Assembly: GCF_035084215.1 (NCBI RefSeq)
Contig: NW_027139729.1
Span: 1,116,001-1,180,000 of the forward strand
DNA from: Heptranchias perlo
Lineage: Eukaryota
DNA: 64,000 bases
Reading direction: 5' to 3'
Of the stretch, positions 1 to 10,560 are shown in pieces (position 1 is the first letter of the stretch; each line of letters begins with the position of its first letter). The position numbers and the translations under genes are program-made. The notes under the pieces are model-generated. The model saw only the letters and a list, made by a program, of their open reading frames with translations. It searched no databases and was not told the origin of the DNA.

Positions 1-360
1 GAACTCCCATTGTTTGAAAGTAATGTGATGTGTGAAAATGCACATTTCTGAGATGACTGGTACTCCAGCTAATTCCCCCGCCTGCCTGTCAGGGAGTGAA
101 GCTTTTCTGACGAAAGGGAAATATGACATTGTCTCCACACTACAATAAAGAAGGAAAACCATCGATGTTAGATTGTCATTTTCAAAATATTTAGTTGCTT
201 ATCACTTTTCAGTGTCGATTTTATGTGATTCGGCCCGCAACACAAAAGTTCTGCCCAAGCCCAAAAGGGATTGAGAACAGTGATCATCTTTTGTGTTAGC
301 ATTACTGACCGACAGATGGCGGTACTGCACGTTTTTTCGGGCATCTGAAGTTGAAACGGA

Positions 361-544
361 ATAAGAATATAAGACCATAAGAAATAGGAGCAGAAGTAGG
401 CCATATGGCCCCTCGAGCCTGCTCCGACATTCAATAAGATCATGGCTGATCTTCAACCTCAACTCCACTTTTCCGCCAGCTCCCCATGTTCCTCGATTCC
501 CCTAGAATATACAAATCTATCGATCTCGGCCTTGAATATACTCG
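361..544 (-). mobile_element. CR1-type LINE 3' end
   Basis: Reverse complement of the 3' UTR/tail of the CR1 at 51510-51595 (ATAAGAATATAAGACCATAAGAAATAGGAGCAG...CCCCTCGAGCCTGCTCCG). Confidence 0.8.
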
Positions 545-632
545 TGATGTGGAGATGCCGGTGATGGACTGGGCTGGACAAATGTAAGGGGTCTTACAAC
601 ACCAGGTTATAGTCCAAAAGCTTTATTTGAAA

Positions 633-669
633 TCACAAGCTTTCGGAGCTTTCCTCCTTCGTCAGGTGA
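633..669 (-). ncRNA. Minimal type I hammerhead ribozyme motif (PLE-associated)
   Basis: Minus strand reads TCAC-CTGACGA-A-GGAG-GAAAG-CTCC-GAAA-GCTT-GTGA: stem I, CUGANGA core, stem II, GAAA, palindromic AAGCTT. Confidence 0.75.
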
Positions 670-685
670 GTGTAAACTCATTCAC

Positions 686-722
686 TCACCTGACGAAGGA
701 GGAAAGCTCCGAAAGCTTGTGA
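686..722 (+). ncRNA. Minimal type I hammerhead ribozyme motif (PLE-associated)
   Basis: TCAC-CTGACGA-A-GGAG-GAAAG-CTCC-GAAA-GCTT-GTGA on the plus strand. Confidence 0.75.
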
Positions 723-775
723 TTTTCAAATAAAACTGTTGGACTATAACCTGGTGTTGTAAGATTGCTTACATT

Positions 776-3060
776 CTTCCTTAGGGAAGGAGACCAAAAC
801 TGTGCACAGTACTCCAGGTGTGGTCTACCAGAGCCCTATAAAATTGCAACAAGGCCTCCTTACTCTTATACTCCAACCCTTTGCAATAAAGGCTATCATA
901 CCATTTGCCTTCCTAATTGCTTGCTGTACCTGCATGTTAACTTTCTGTGATTCATGTACAAGGACACCCAAATCCTTCTGACTACCAACGTTTCTTAGGC
1001 TCTCACCGTTTAAAAATATTCTGTTTTTCTATTCTACCTACCAAAGTGAATAACCTTACATTTTCCCACATTATACTCGATCTGCCACCTTCTTGCCCAT
1101 TCCTTCAACCTGTTTATATCACTTTGCAGCATCTTCGCGACCTCCTCACAGCTTACTTTCCCACCTAGCTTTTTGTCGTCAGCAAACTTGGATAAATTAC
1201 ATTGGGTCCCTTCATCAAAGTCTTTAATATAGATTGTAAATAGCTAATGCCCAAGCACCGATCCTTGTGGCAGCACACTAGTTACAGCCCGCCAAACTAA
1301 TAATGAAATGTTTATCCCTACTCTCTGTTTGCTCTCTGTCAACCAATGCTCAATCCACGCTAAAAAATTACACCAATCCCATGAGCCCTAACCTTGTGTA
1401 ACAGCCTCTTGTGTGGCACCTTATCGGATGCCTTTTGAAAATCCAAATATACAACATCCACTGGTTCTCCTTTATCTACCCTGCAAGTTACATCCTCAAT
1501 AAACTCTAATAGACTGGTTATATACGATTTCCCTTTCATAAAAACATGTTGACTCTGCCTAATCATATTATGATTTTTTTAAGTGCCCTGTTACTATGTC
1601 CTTAATAAGAGATTCCAGCATTTTCCCTACTACTGATGTCAGGCTAACTGATCTATAGTTCTCTGTTTTTTCTCTCTCCCTCCTTTCTTGAATAGTGGGT
1701 TTACATTTGCTACCTTCCAATCCACAGGGACCGTTCTCGAAACTAGGGAATTCTGGAAGATAAAAACCAATGCATCCACTATCTCGACAGCCACCTCTTT
1801 TAAAACCCGAGGATGTAGGCCATCAGGTACAGGGGATTTGTTGGCATTTAGCCTCATTAATTTGTCCAGTACTTTTTCTTTACTAAACATAATTGCTTTA
1901 AGTTCCACACTCTCATTAGACCCTTGGTTCCACACTATTTCCAGTATGCTTTTCGTGTCTTTTACTATGAAGACAGATAAAAAGTATTAATTTAACGTCT
2001 CTGCTATTTCCTTATTCCCCATTTTAATTTCTCCTGACTCTGCCGCTAAGGGACCCACGTTTACATTCGCTAATCCCTTTCTCTTTTACATACTTGCAGA
2101 AGCTCTTAAAATCTGTTTTTATATTTCTTGCTAGTTTACATTCATACTCAACTTTCTCCCTCTTTATCAATTGTTTTGGTCGTCCTCTGCTGATTTCTTA
2201 AACCCTCCTAATCCTCAGGCTTACTATTTTTGGCAACATTGTAAGCCTCTTCGTTTACCACTAACCTTAACGTGTCTAGTTAGCTACGGTTCGATCACTT
2301 CTCCCATGCAGCTTTATTCCTCAAGGCAATGTATATTCGTTTAGAATTATCAATTGTTTCTGTAAATGTTCGTCATTGCTTATCCACCATCACATCTTTT
2401 AATCTAATTTCCCAATCTACCTTAAGCAACTTGTCCCTCATACTTACGTAATTGGCTTTGCTTAAATTTAAGTCCCGAGTTTCAGATTTAACTACATCAC
2501 TCTCAAACTCAATATGAAATTCTATCACATCTTGATCACTCTTCCCCAGAGGATCCTTACACATAATATTATTAATTAACCCTGCCTCATTAAACAATAC
2601 TAGATCTAAAATAATCTTTTTCCTATTTGGTTTCTCGGCATATTGTTCCAGAAAATTGCCTCGAATGCATTCCATGAACTGTTCTTCCAAACGTCTTTTG
2701 CCAATTTGGTGTGCCCAGTCTGTATGAGGATTAAAGTCGCACACGATTATTACATTACCCTTGTTACATGCTCCTCTTAATTTCCTGATTTATACTTTGT
2801 CCAACACTATAACTACTGTCAGGAGGCCTATAAACTACTCCCACCAGTATTTTCTGTCTCTTGTTCTTTCTTAGCTCCCATACTGATTCTACATCCTGAT
2901 TTTCTGAGCTAAGTTCCTCTCTCACTATTGTCTTCATTGCATCCTTTATTATCAGGGCTACCACACTCCACAACCCCCGCCACAAACTTTTCCATTTTGA
3001 CAATCATTTCTAAAAATCAAGTACCCTGGAATATTTAGTTCCACGCAATGGTCACCCTGC
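776..3060 (-). mobile_element. Degenerate CR1 LINE ORF2 (APE endonuclease and RT)
   Basis: Broken ORFs with CR1 motifs: VGVVYRPP, DFNP..DW, ILDLVL, SPVPDGLHPRVLKE, VDVVYLDFQKASDKVPH. Confidence 0.9.
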
Positions 3061-3099
3061 AAACTAATGTTGGATAAACACGCAAAACGGTTGGAGGGA

Positions 3100-4180
3100 C
3101 CACTCGGTAGTCTCACTATTTTGTGAATGAAAATAAAAGTCTTTGCGTTCTCTTGGGTTAGGGCGAAGGAACCGGATCTCGTGGACAAGCCGAGTTCAGA
3201 GAGGACATGGCGGGAAATAGGAGAGAAATAAAGATGAAATTCAAGACTAGGGCTAGGGGAATTAGAAGTAAGGTTTCGTTTGTTGGGCGCTGGGAAGGAG
3301 TGGAAGCAGCATAGGCAGCTGAGCAGATGGCCATAGGAGTAGAGAGGTCACCAGAGATCGGCGGGTGATGGTTGGGTGGGGGCGGAGTTGGGGTGGTGGT
3401 GGTGGGGATGTGGTCGTGAATTTGGGTAACAGTGTTTATATGGAGAGAGAAGTTTCGAAGGTACACGTGGGCAGTTAAAAAAGGCTAGAGAGGGACATAG
3501 AGGCTGACATGGAGATTGAAACCACCGAGGACGAGGAGTCGCTCAATGAACAGTCTGAGGAAGGAAATCTTGGTAAGATAATCGGGTGGGACTGGGTGGT
3601 GGGGGTGGGAGGGTAGGGGTCGGTAGACAAATACAAATTATGGAGCGGTCAGAAGGGTGGATCACGATGAGGTGATTGAAGCAAGAGAAGGTTCCAGAGG
3701 AGCAGGAGAAAAGCCTAAGGTGCCATTAACGATTAGGATCACAGTGCTATCACAGCGGCGTTGGTGAGACGTGTGGTGGTGGGATACGTGGTGGTGGGAT
3801 ATATGGTGGGACATGTGTTGTTGGGACATGTGTTGTTGGGGCATGTGGTGGTGCTGTCATATGTGATGGGACACATGTTGTTAGGAAAAACGTCGGTGGG
3901 ATACGTGGTGGGACATGTGTTGGTGGGACATGTGTTGGAGGGACATGTTGGAGGGACATGTGTTGGTGGGACATGTGTTGGAGGGACATGTTGGAGGGAC
4001 ATGTGTTGGAGGGACATGTGTTGGAATGTACAAGCCGCTAGGGAGGCTTTAGTAAGTGATAAGATGTTGCCATTGTGAGCCAAGACTCAGTCAAAGACAG
4101 TTGGTCAACGCAATCTTACAAACATCCACATGCATGGCCAGGGCCTTGCTCGTGAGTGAAGCATCATTCTCGATGGAAAT
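3100..4180 (-). mobile_element. Old L2-like LINE, endonuclease region
   Basis: Minus-strand remnants ENDASLTSKA, LTESWLT and ERLLVLGGFNLH resemble APE motifs (N.RSL..K, TETWL, GDFN). Confidence 0.55.
3771..4027. repeat. 15-bp minisatellite (GGGACATGTGTTGGT/A)n
   Basis: About 17 visible tandem copies; produces low-complexity ORFs in several frames. Confidence 0.9.
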
Positions 4181-4679
4181 TGATAGGGGTGCTGGTTGAT
4201 CAATTGAAGAGACCAAGTTGTTAGTAGAGGGTCGGGTGAGTGTGATAGTAAGAAAGATTGGGAGATTAGACCTCAGGGGAGCGATGGGTGGGAAGATCAG
4301 CAACAGAGGAGGGGGGTGTTGCTGGCCGTATGAAACGATTGACAGAGCTCTCGATGGGCTTTTGGAGAATGCCAAGAGTGACACAGAGAGCAGCTGTGGA
4401 CTAATTCACGAGGAATTCAAGCCTGGGACAGTAGGAGTTTTGGAACGCCGAGAAGCAGTGATGTGTTGGGATAATGACGATTGGGGAGGGTTGAAGTACC
4501 CAAGAGGGAAATACAGATCATAGAGAATCAGGAAAGGGATCTGGGGTTGATGACAGATTTATCCTTCAACTCATCTAGCCAATGCCTGGCTCATGCAAAG
4601 TGTTGAGATTTGAATTACTAACAAAACGAAACGCAGGATAGATCAAAAGAAGTGATGTTAACATTAAGTAGAACATTTG

Positions 4680-6302
4680 TCCGGGAAAGTGCATGGAATT
4701 AGAGACAACCTATTGACATGGGTAGGGAATTGGTTAGAACGTAGGAGACAGAGAGCAGGGATAATGGGTATGCATTCCAATTGGCAGGATATTGCTAGTG
4801 ATGTCCCCCAGGGATCTGTACTGGGGCCTTAGAATTCACTATATGTATAAATGGCACAGATGAAGAAATCAAGAGCCCTATATCCAAGTTTGCTGACGAC
4901 ATTAAGTTAGGTGGCACAGTAAGTTGTGTAGATGGGAGAAGACAATTGCTAAAGACCTGAGAAAGAAAGATCAGGTTATTTTCTAAATGGTGAGCAGCTA
5001 GGAACTGTGGCGCAATGGTGAGATTTAGGGATCCAAGTATAGAAATCACTAAAAGCTAATGGACAGGTACAAAAATTAACTTAAATGGCTAATGGAATGT
5101 TAGCACTTATCTCAAGGGGGCTGGAATACAAAGTATTGGAAGTTATGCTATAGTTATATAAAGCTCTGGTCAGATTGCATCTGGAGACACTGCATTCAAT
5201 TCTGGGCTCTGCATCTCAGGAAGGATATACTGGCCTTGGAGGGGTTGCAGCGAAGAATAAGCAGAATGATAACAGGGCAAAAATGGTTCATTTATGAGGA
5301 CAGGTTGCATGGACTAGGGTGAGTATGGAAGATTAAAGGATGATCTAACCGAGATGTTTAAGATGATTAAAGTATTTGATAGGGTAGATAGAGAGAAACC
5401 ATTTCTTCTGGTGGGAAGAGTCCAGAACAAGGAGGTATAACCTTAAAATTAGAGCTAGGCTTTTCAAGGGTAATGTCATGAATCACTCCTTCACACAAAG
5501 AGTAGTGGAAATCTGAAATACCTCCACAAAATGTTGTTGAGGCTGGGGCTCAATTGAATTCGTCAAAACTGGGATTGATAGATTTTTATTAGGCAAGGAT
5601 ATTGAGGGATATGGAACTAAGGTGGGTAAATGGAGTTAAGATTCAGATCATAGAATTACATAGAATTACACAGAATGTACAGCACAGAAACATGCCATTC
5701 GGCCCTACAGGTCCATGCCGGTCTTTGTGGTCCACACGAGCCTTGTCCCTCCCCACTTCATCAAACCGTATCTGCATATCCTTCCATTCCTTTCTTCCTC
5801 ATGTGTTCAACTAGCTTCCTCTGAAATGCATCTATGTCAGTTGCCTCAACTACTCCCGGTGGTAACGAGTTCCACCTTCTAACCACACCCTGGGTTCTCC
5901 TGAATTCCCTATTGGATTTATTAGTGACTACCTTATATTTCTGAGCAATAGTTCTGATCTCCCCCGCAAATGGAAACACCATCTCTACGTCCACCCTATC
6001 AAACCATTTCATAATCTTAAAGACCTCTATCAGGTCACCCCTCAGTCTTCTCTTTTCCAGAGAAAAGCGCCCCAGCCTGCTCAATCTTTACTAATAGCTA
6101 TAACCTCTCAGTTCTAGAATCAGCCTAGTAATTCTTTTTACGCTTTCTCCAGTCCCTCCATGTGCTGTTTATAATATGGAGATCAGATCTGTTCACAGTA
6201 CTCCAAGTGTGGTCTAAGCAAGATCAGTCATGGTCTAAAGGAATGGAGGAATAAGCTCGAGGGGCCGAATGGTCAACACCTGTTCCGATGTCCCTATGTT
6301 CC
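4680..6302 (+). mobile_element. Degenerate CR1 LINE RT and 3' end, interrupted at 5651-6220
   Basis: RT remnants (TTTGCTGACGACATTAAG = FADDIK); the 3' UTR resumes at 6221 and ends CCTATGTTCC. Confidence 0.85.
5651..6220 (-). mobile_element. Nested 5'-truncated CR1 3' fragment
   Basis: ORF SLEKRRLRGDLIEVFKI...WNSLP; repeat tail TAGAATTACATAGAATTAC; flanking AGATCA direct repeat. Confidence 0.85.
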
Positions 6303-6949
6303 ACCTGGAGTGCTGTTTGCAGTTTTGTAACCCACGACAGAGTAAGTGTATAGATGTACTGTCCATAACACGGACATATCCCATACTGCCTTCGCAATGA
6401 CAGCTGCTGAGATGCAGACCTGTATTACTGCTACGAATGACAAAACACGATTGGTTACAGTAATCAAATTCATTTACATAAAAAACAACTGAATGCTTCA
6501 GCAGTCAAGAAAATTAGTTATTGAATTTCATTATTTTAGAGAAAAACGTCGACACTAACCTTGAGAAACACTCTGCCGAGCCCCAAAGATAACTAAAAGG
6601 AGAAAATATAAATTAGTTAAATGAACACCAACACCTTTAGACGATCAATACAACAAGCTGATTTTCGTGAATTGTTTTATGGATATTTATCAGTGTGATT
6701 GCATTGGTGGCATTTTGGTCCGTTTCGGTTAAACTCCCACTCCAGAACTTGAGAGAGTTCCAGATTTCCACTACCCTTTGTTTGAAAAAGTACTTCCTGC
6801 TTTCACTCCAATTGGTCCAGCTCTAATTCTAATACCATGCCCACTTGTTCTCGATTCCCCTCTATAACTGAATAAAATCAATCGAGACGTCCCTTTGTAA
6901 AACATTCCAATTACCCACGACAAGTATCAAAAGGTGCCCTTGGGCCTAA

Positions 6950-7490
6950 TGACACAAAACCGGATGAAAACTTGTTCAAAAAACATGAAGGGCCCATTTT
7001 GTGGCTGAGTGAAACCGTCACTGATTGACAAGGGAAAGCAGCTAGTGTGGAGTGTGTGTGCAGACACTGTGTATCTTTACAGATCTTCACATGCGTCCAC
7101 ATCACGAAACAGAATTGCAATGCAGGCGTCGGAGCTCCAATATGGAATAGATGGATGCATTAACGGTGGGAATTGAGATTTTAAAAATTGGAGATGATGG
7201 GGTTAATGCTGAGCATAACGGACACAAAACAACGTGAAAAGTTCTTCAAAATGCACAAAAGCCCCGTTTTGGGACTGAGTGAAACCATCACTGAAAGATA
7301 AAGGAAAGCAGCTGGGTTGGGTGTGTGTCCAAACATTGTGCATTTTTAAAGATTCCCACATCTCCACACCATGAAACAGAATTGCAATAGAAGTGTCGGA
7401 GCTCTATTATGGGATGGATGGATGGAAGCATTAACGGTGGGAATTGATATGGAAACATCGGGGATTAAAAGCTTCATGCTGAGCCCAACG
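6950..7490. repeat. Diverged ~270-bp tandem duplication
   Basis: GAGTGAAACC at 7007 and 7277 and GCATTAACGGTGGGAATTGA in both copies; related pieces near 9650-9770 and 10670-10840. Confidence 0.75.
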
Positions 7491-7819
7491 GGCAACTGCA
7501 GCACTGAGTTTATTGAGGACATTAGTCTCCACCCACTGTACAGTTTAGCAAGAGGAGGACAGTACCTAAGGAAACTGACCATTCACAATTTCAGCTGGTT
7601 TGGGGCCCGGAATGGAAGTTGGGTAGTCAGCTGTTTACCCCGAATAAGGTCAAGGGAGCAGGAGGTGGGTCGAATGGGCAAGCTCAGCTCGGAAAGTACA
7701 TGCGTGGAGATCGGAGGGAAACTCGAAAAAGGCTCAGGATCAGGGCTGGGTAATGGAGGAGCCTGAGGAGAGGTTGGGCCTGGTGATATTGGGACTTGTG
7801 GGATGCAGCAGATGCATCT

Positions 7820-8270
7820 GAATGGATGGTCTTAATCTTAGTGACTTCAGTTATGTGGAGAGACAAGAGAAACTGGGATTGTTCTCCTTTGAGCAGAGAA
7901 GGTTAAGTGGAGATTTAATAGGGGTGTTCAAAATTATGAGGGGTTTTGTTCGAGTGTGTAGTGAGAAAATGTTTCCACTGGCAGGAGGGTCGGGAATCAG
8001 AGGATACAGAATTATGTTAATTGGCAAAAGAATACGAAGGAGATGAGGATAAATTTTGATATGCCACAAGTTTTTATGATCTGGAATGGTGGTGGAAGCA
8101 GATTCAATAGAAACTTTCAAAAGTGGATTGGATAGAAACTTGAAAAGGGAAAGAATGCAGAGCGATGGGGAAAGATCAGGGGAGTGGGATTAATTTGACA
8201 GCTCATTTCAAAGCTGGCACATGCATGCCGAGCCAAATGGCCTTCCTCTGTGCTGTAAGAATTCATGAAG
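7820..8270 (+). mobile_element. CR1 LINE 3' fragment
   Basis: ORF FSYVER.EKLGLFSFEQRRLSGDLI.VFKIM. Confidence 0.8.
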
Positions 8271-8764
8271 TTCACTCGGTCATCGTATTTGTTGTTGGAG
8301 GAGAGTGTGGAGGGGGCTGGGAAAGAGATTTATGGAGATTGTGTGTTGTGGGCAAAAGAAGCTGGAGGTTATCTTTGGTCCCCAGGGTCATCCTGGAGCA
8401 GCAGGCGGTTTTCAGAGAGGACATCGTGCTTGTTCTAATTCTGGGTCAGCCATATCTGGTGATGGATGGCTAAACCAGTGGTGATCCAGATATGCTCAAG
8501 TCTGCACCCCTTGGAATTAAACCAGCAGGAACGACCAGGATAGAAGAGAGTAAACGTTTTACTCGGGGCAAAGGCATCAACGGTTGAAGAACGGGAGTGG
8601 TTGAGAAGTTACACAGCCGCAGAAGTATGATGACAAATGGCGGGTCAAAGTCCAGGCAACAGGGAGTGTGAAAGTGTTTATTCCAAAGTTGGAATGCAGA
8701 AGTAATTCGATTTGAAGTAAGTAAGGAGATGTGGGTTATGATGGTTGCAAGCAAGTGACCGAGG

Positions 8765-9318
8765 CCTTGGCAGTGCACAACTCTGGGCACCACACTTTAG
8801 GAAGGATGTCAAGGTCTTGGAGAGGGTAAGGAGGAGATTTACCCGGATGATACCAGTGATGAGGGACTTCAGTTATGTGGAGAGATTGGAGAAGCTTGGG
8901 TTGTTCTCCTTAGAGCAGGTAAGTGTAAAGGCAGACCTAATAGAGGAATTCAAAATAATGAGGGGCTTTGATAGAGCAAGTAGAGTGAAATTGATTCCGC
9001 TGGCACGTGGTCTGTAATCAGAGGTCACAGATTTCAAAGAGTTGGCAAAAGAACTAGAGGGAAATGAGGAGAAATGTTTACATAAAGAGGTTTGCGAAGA
9101 TCTGGAACACAATACCTGAAAGGGTGATGGAAGCAGATTCCATAGGAACTTTCAAAGGGCAATTGGACATGTACTTGAAGGGGATAATTTGCAGGGTTAT
9201 GGAGAAAATAATTGGGGTGTGTTACTAATTTGGATAGCTCGTTCAAGGAGCCAGCATAGACTCGATGGGCCGAAAGGCCTCGTTCCACGTTGTAAGATTC
9301 TATGATTCTATGATTCTT
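8765..9318 (+). mobile_element. CR1 LINE 3' fragment with (ATTCTATG)n tail
   Basis: ORF WAPHFRKDV..LERV.RRFTRMIP; tail GATTCTATGATTCTATGATTCT. Confidence 0.85.
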
Positions 9319-10009
9319 GTCAACTTGAAATTTTAGTAAGCAATGAGAAGGATATTGGCAGAGTTCAGGAGGACATTGGTAGATTGGTGAAATGGGGAAA
9401 CACAGGGCAGATGACATTTAATGTAGAGAAGTGTGAAGTGATGTATTTTGGAAAGAAGAGTGAGAAGAGGCAATATTACCTAAATGATCAAATTGCACAG
9501 CGGGAGCATTAACAGAGAGACCTGGGATACACATACACAAATCTTTGAAGGTGGTCGTTGGAGATTAAACGTTAAATGCCAACCCTCCTGCCAGTGGAAA
9601 CAGTCTCTCCCCAACTACTCGATTAAAACCTTTCATTATTTTTTTCTGAGCAACGGTCAGCAGTAGCACTGTGTTTGTTGAAGGACATTAGTCTCCACTC
9701 ACTGTGCAGATCTATATCTCAGTGATGTGGTCAATTGCAGCACACTGAAGGAGGAGGTGGAGTCTAAATAATGAGTACAGAATGGTGTTTGAACTCACTG
9801 GGAACCGATACTTTTACAAACAGTTTACTCATTGTTACAAATGTCACAATTCGGGTGAACGGTATGGAAGGAGGAAGTAAATTGAACATGAATAAGTAAA
9901 GAATCTGAAAATATTGCAGGCAGAATTTAACAGTGATATCAAATACTTAGAACGGAAGCCAATGGTTTCAGCTCAGAAGCGCTTCACCTCGGACAAAGAG
10001 GAAGTTTAA

Positions 10010-10560
10010 CCGCTGACAGTAAGGACAGTCAGCAGAACAAGAATGTGTTTAAACACACTGAATGAAAATTCATTGTGCCAATCTTTCTGATTTTCTTCCA
10101 ACCGATGGTTATATTCATTAATTCTTTGAAAGCTACCACTATTCGAGGTGCAGTAACGGATATATTCTCAGGCATTCATATATTAATAAAATACAATTCA
10201 AGGGACTTAAAATGAATAAAAATATTTAATATTGCAACTAACATCTTCGAAGCTTTCATTAAGGGGATCTATTTAGGGACAACACTCAAACAGAATGGGA
10301 ACCACTGACAGTAAGAACATTGTAGCAGAACCAAGAATGTGTTGAAATATATTGAATGAAAATACATTGTGGCAATCTTTCTGATAGGCTTTTAACCGAG
10401 TAATTAATTAATTCTTTGAAATCCACCCCTAATAGTGGTGCAGGAGCACACTGATTATCAGGCATTCATTTATTAATAAAATTGAATTGAATTCACTTGA
10501 AATCGATAGAGATGTTTAATATTCCACCTAATATCTCCTAAGCTAGCAATAAGGGGATAT
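10010..10560. repeat. Diverged ~290-bp tandem duplication
   Basis: CTGACAGTAAG, AAGAATGTGTT, CAATCTTTCTGAT and CAGGCATTCAT..ATTAATAAAA each occur twice in the same order. Confidence 0.7.

Larger units (their letters stand above)
546..775. mobile_element. Fold-back pair of Penelope-like element 3' ends (arms ~581-672 and 683-775)
   Basis: Arms are near-perfect reverse complements around a 10-nt spacer; both match the 3' end of the RT/GIY-YIG element at 52271-52360. Confidence 0.85.

Noticed and set aside
309-325. Partial CTCF-like cores (CCGACAGATGGCGG; also ~48160)
   Set aside because: Weak matches with no upstream module and no paralog support.
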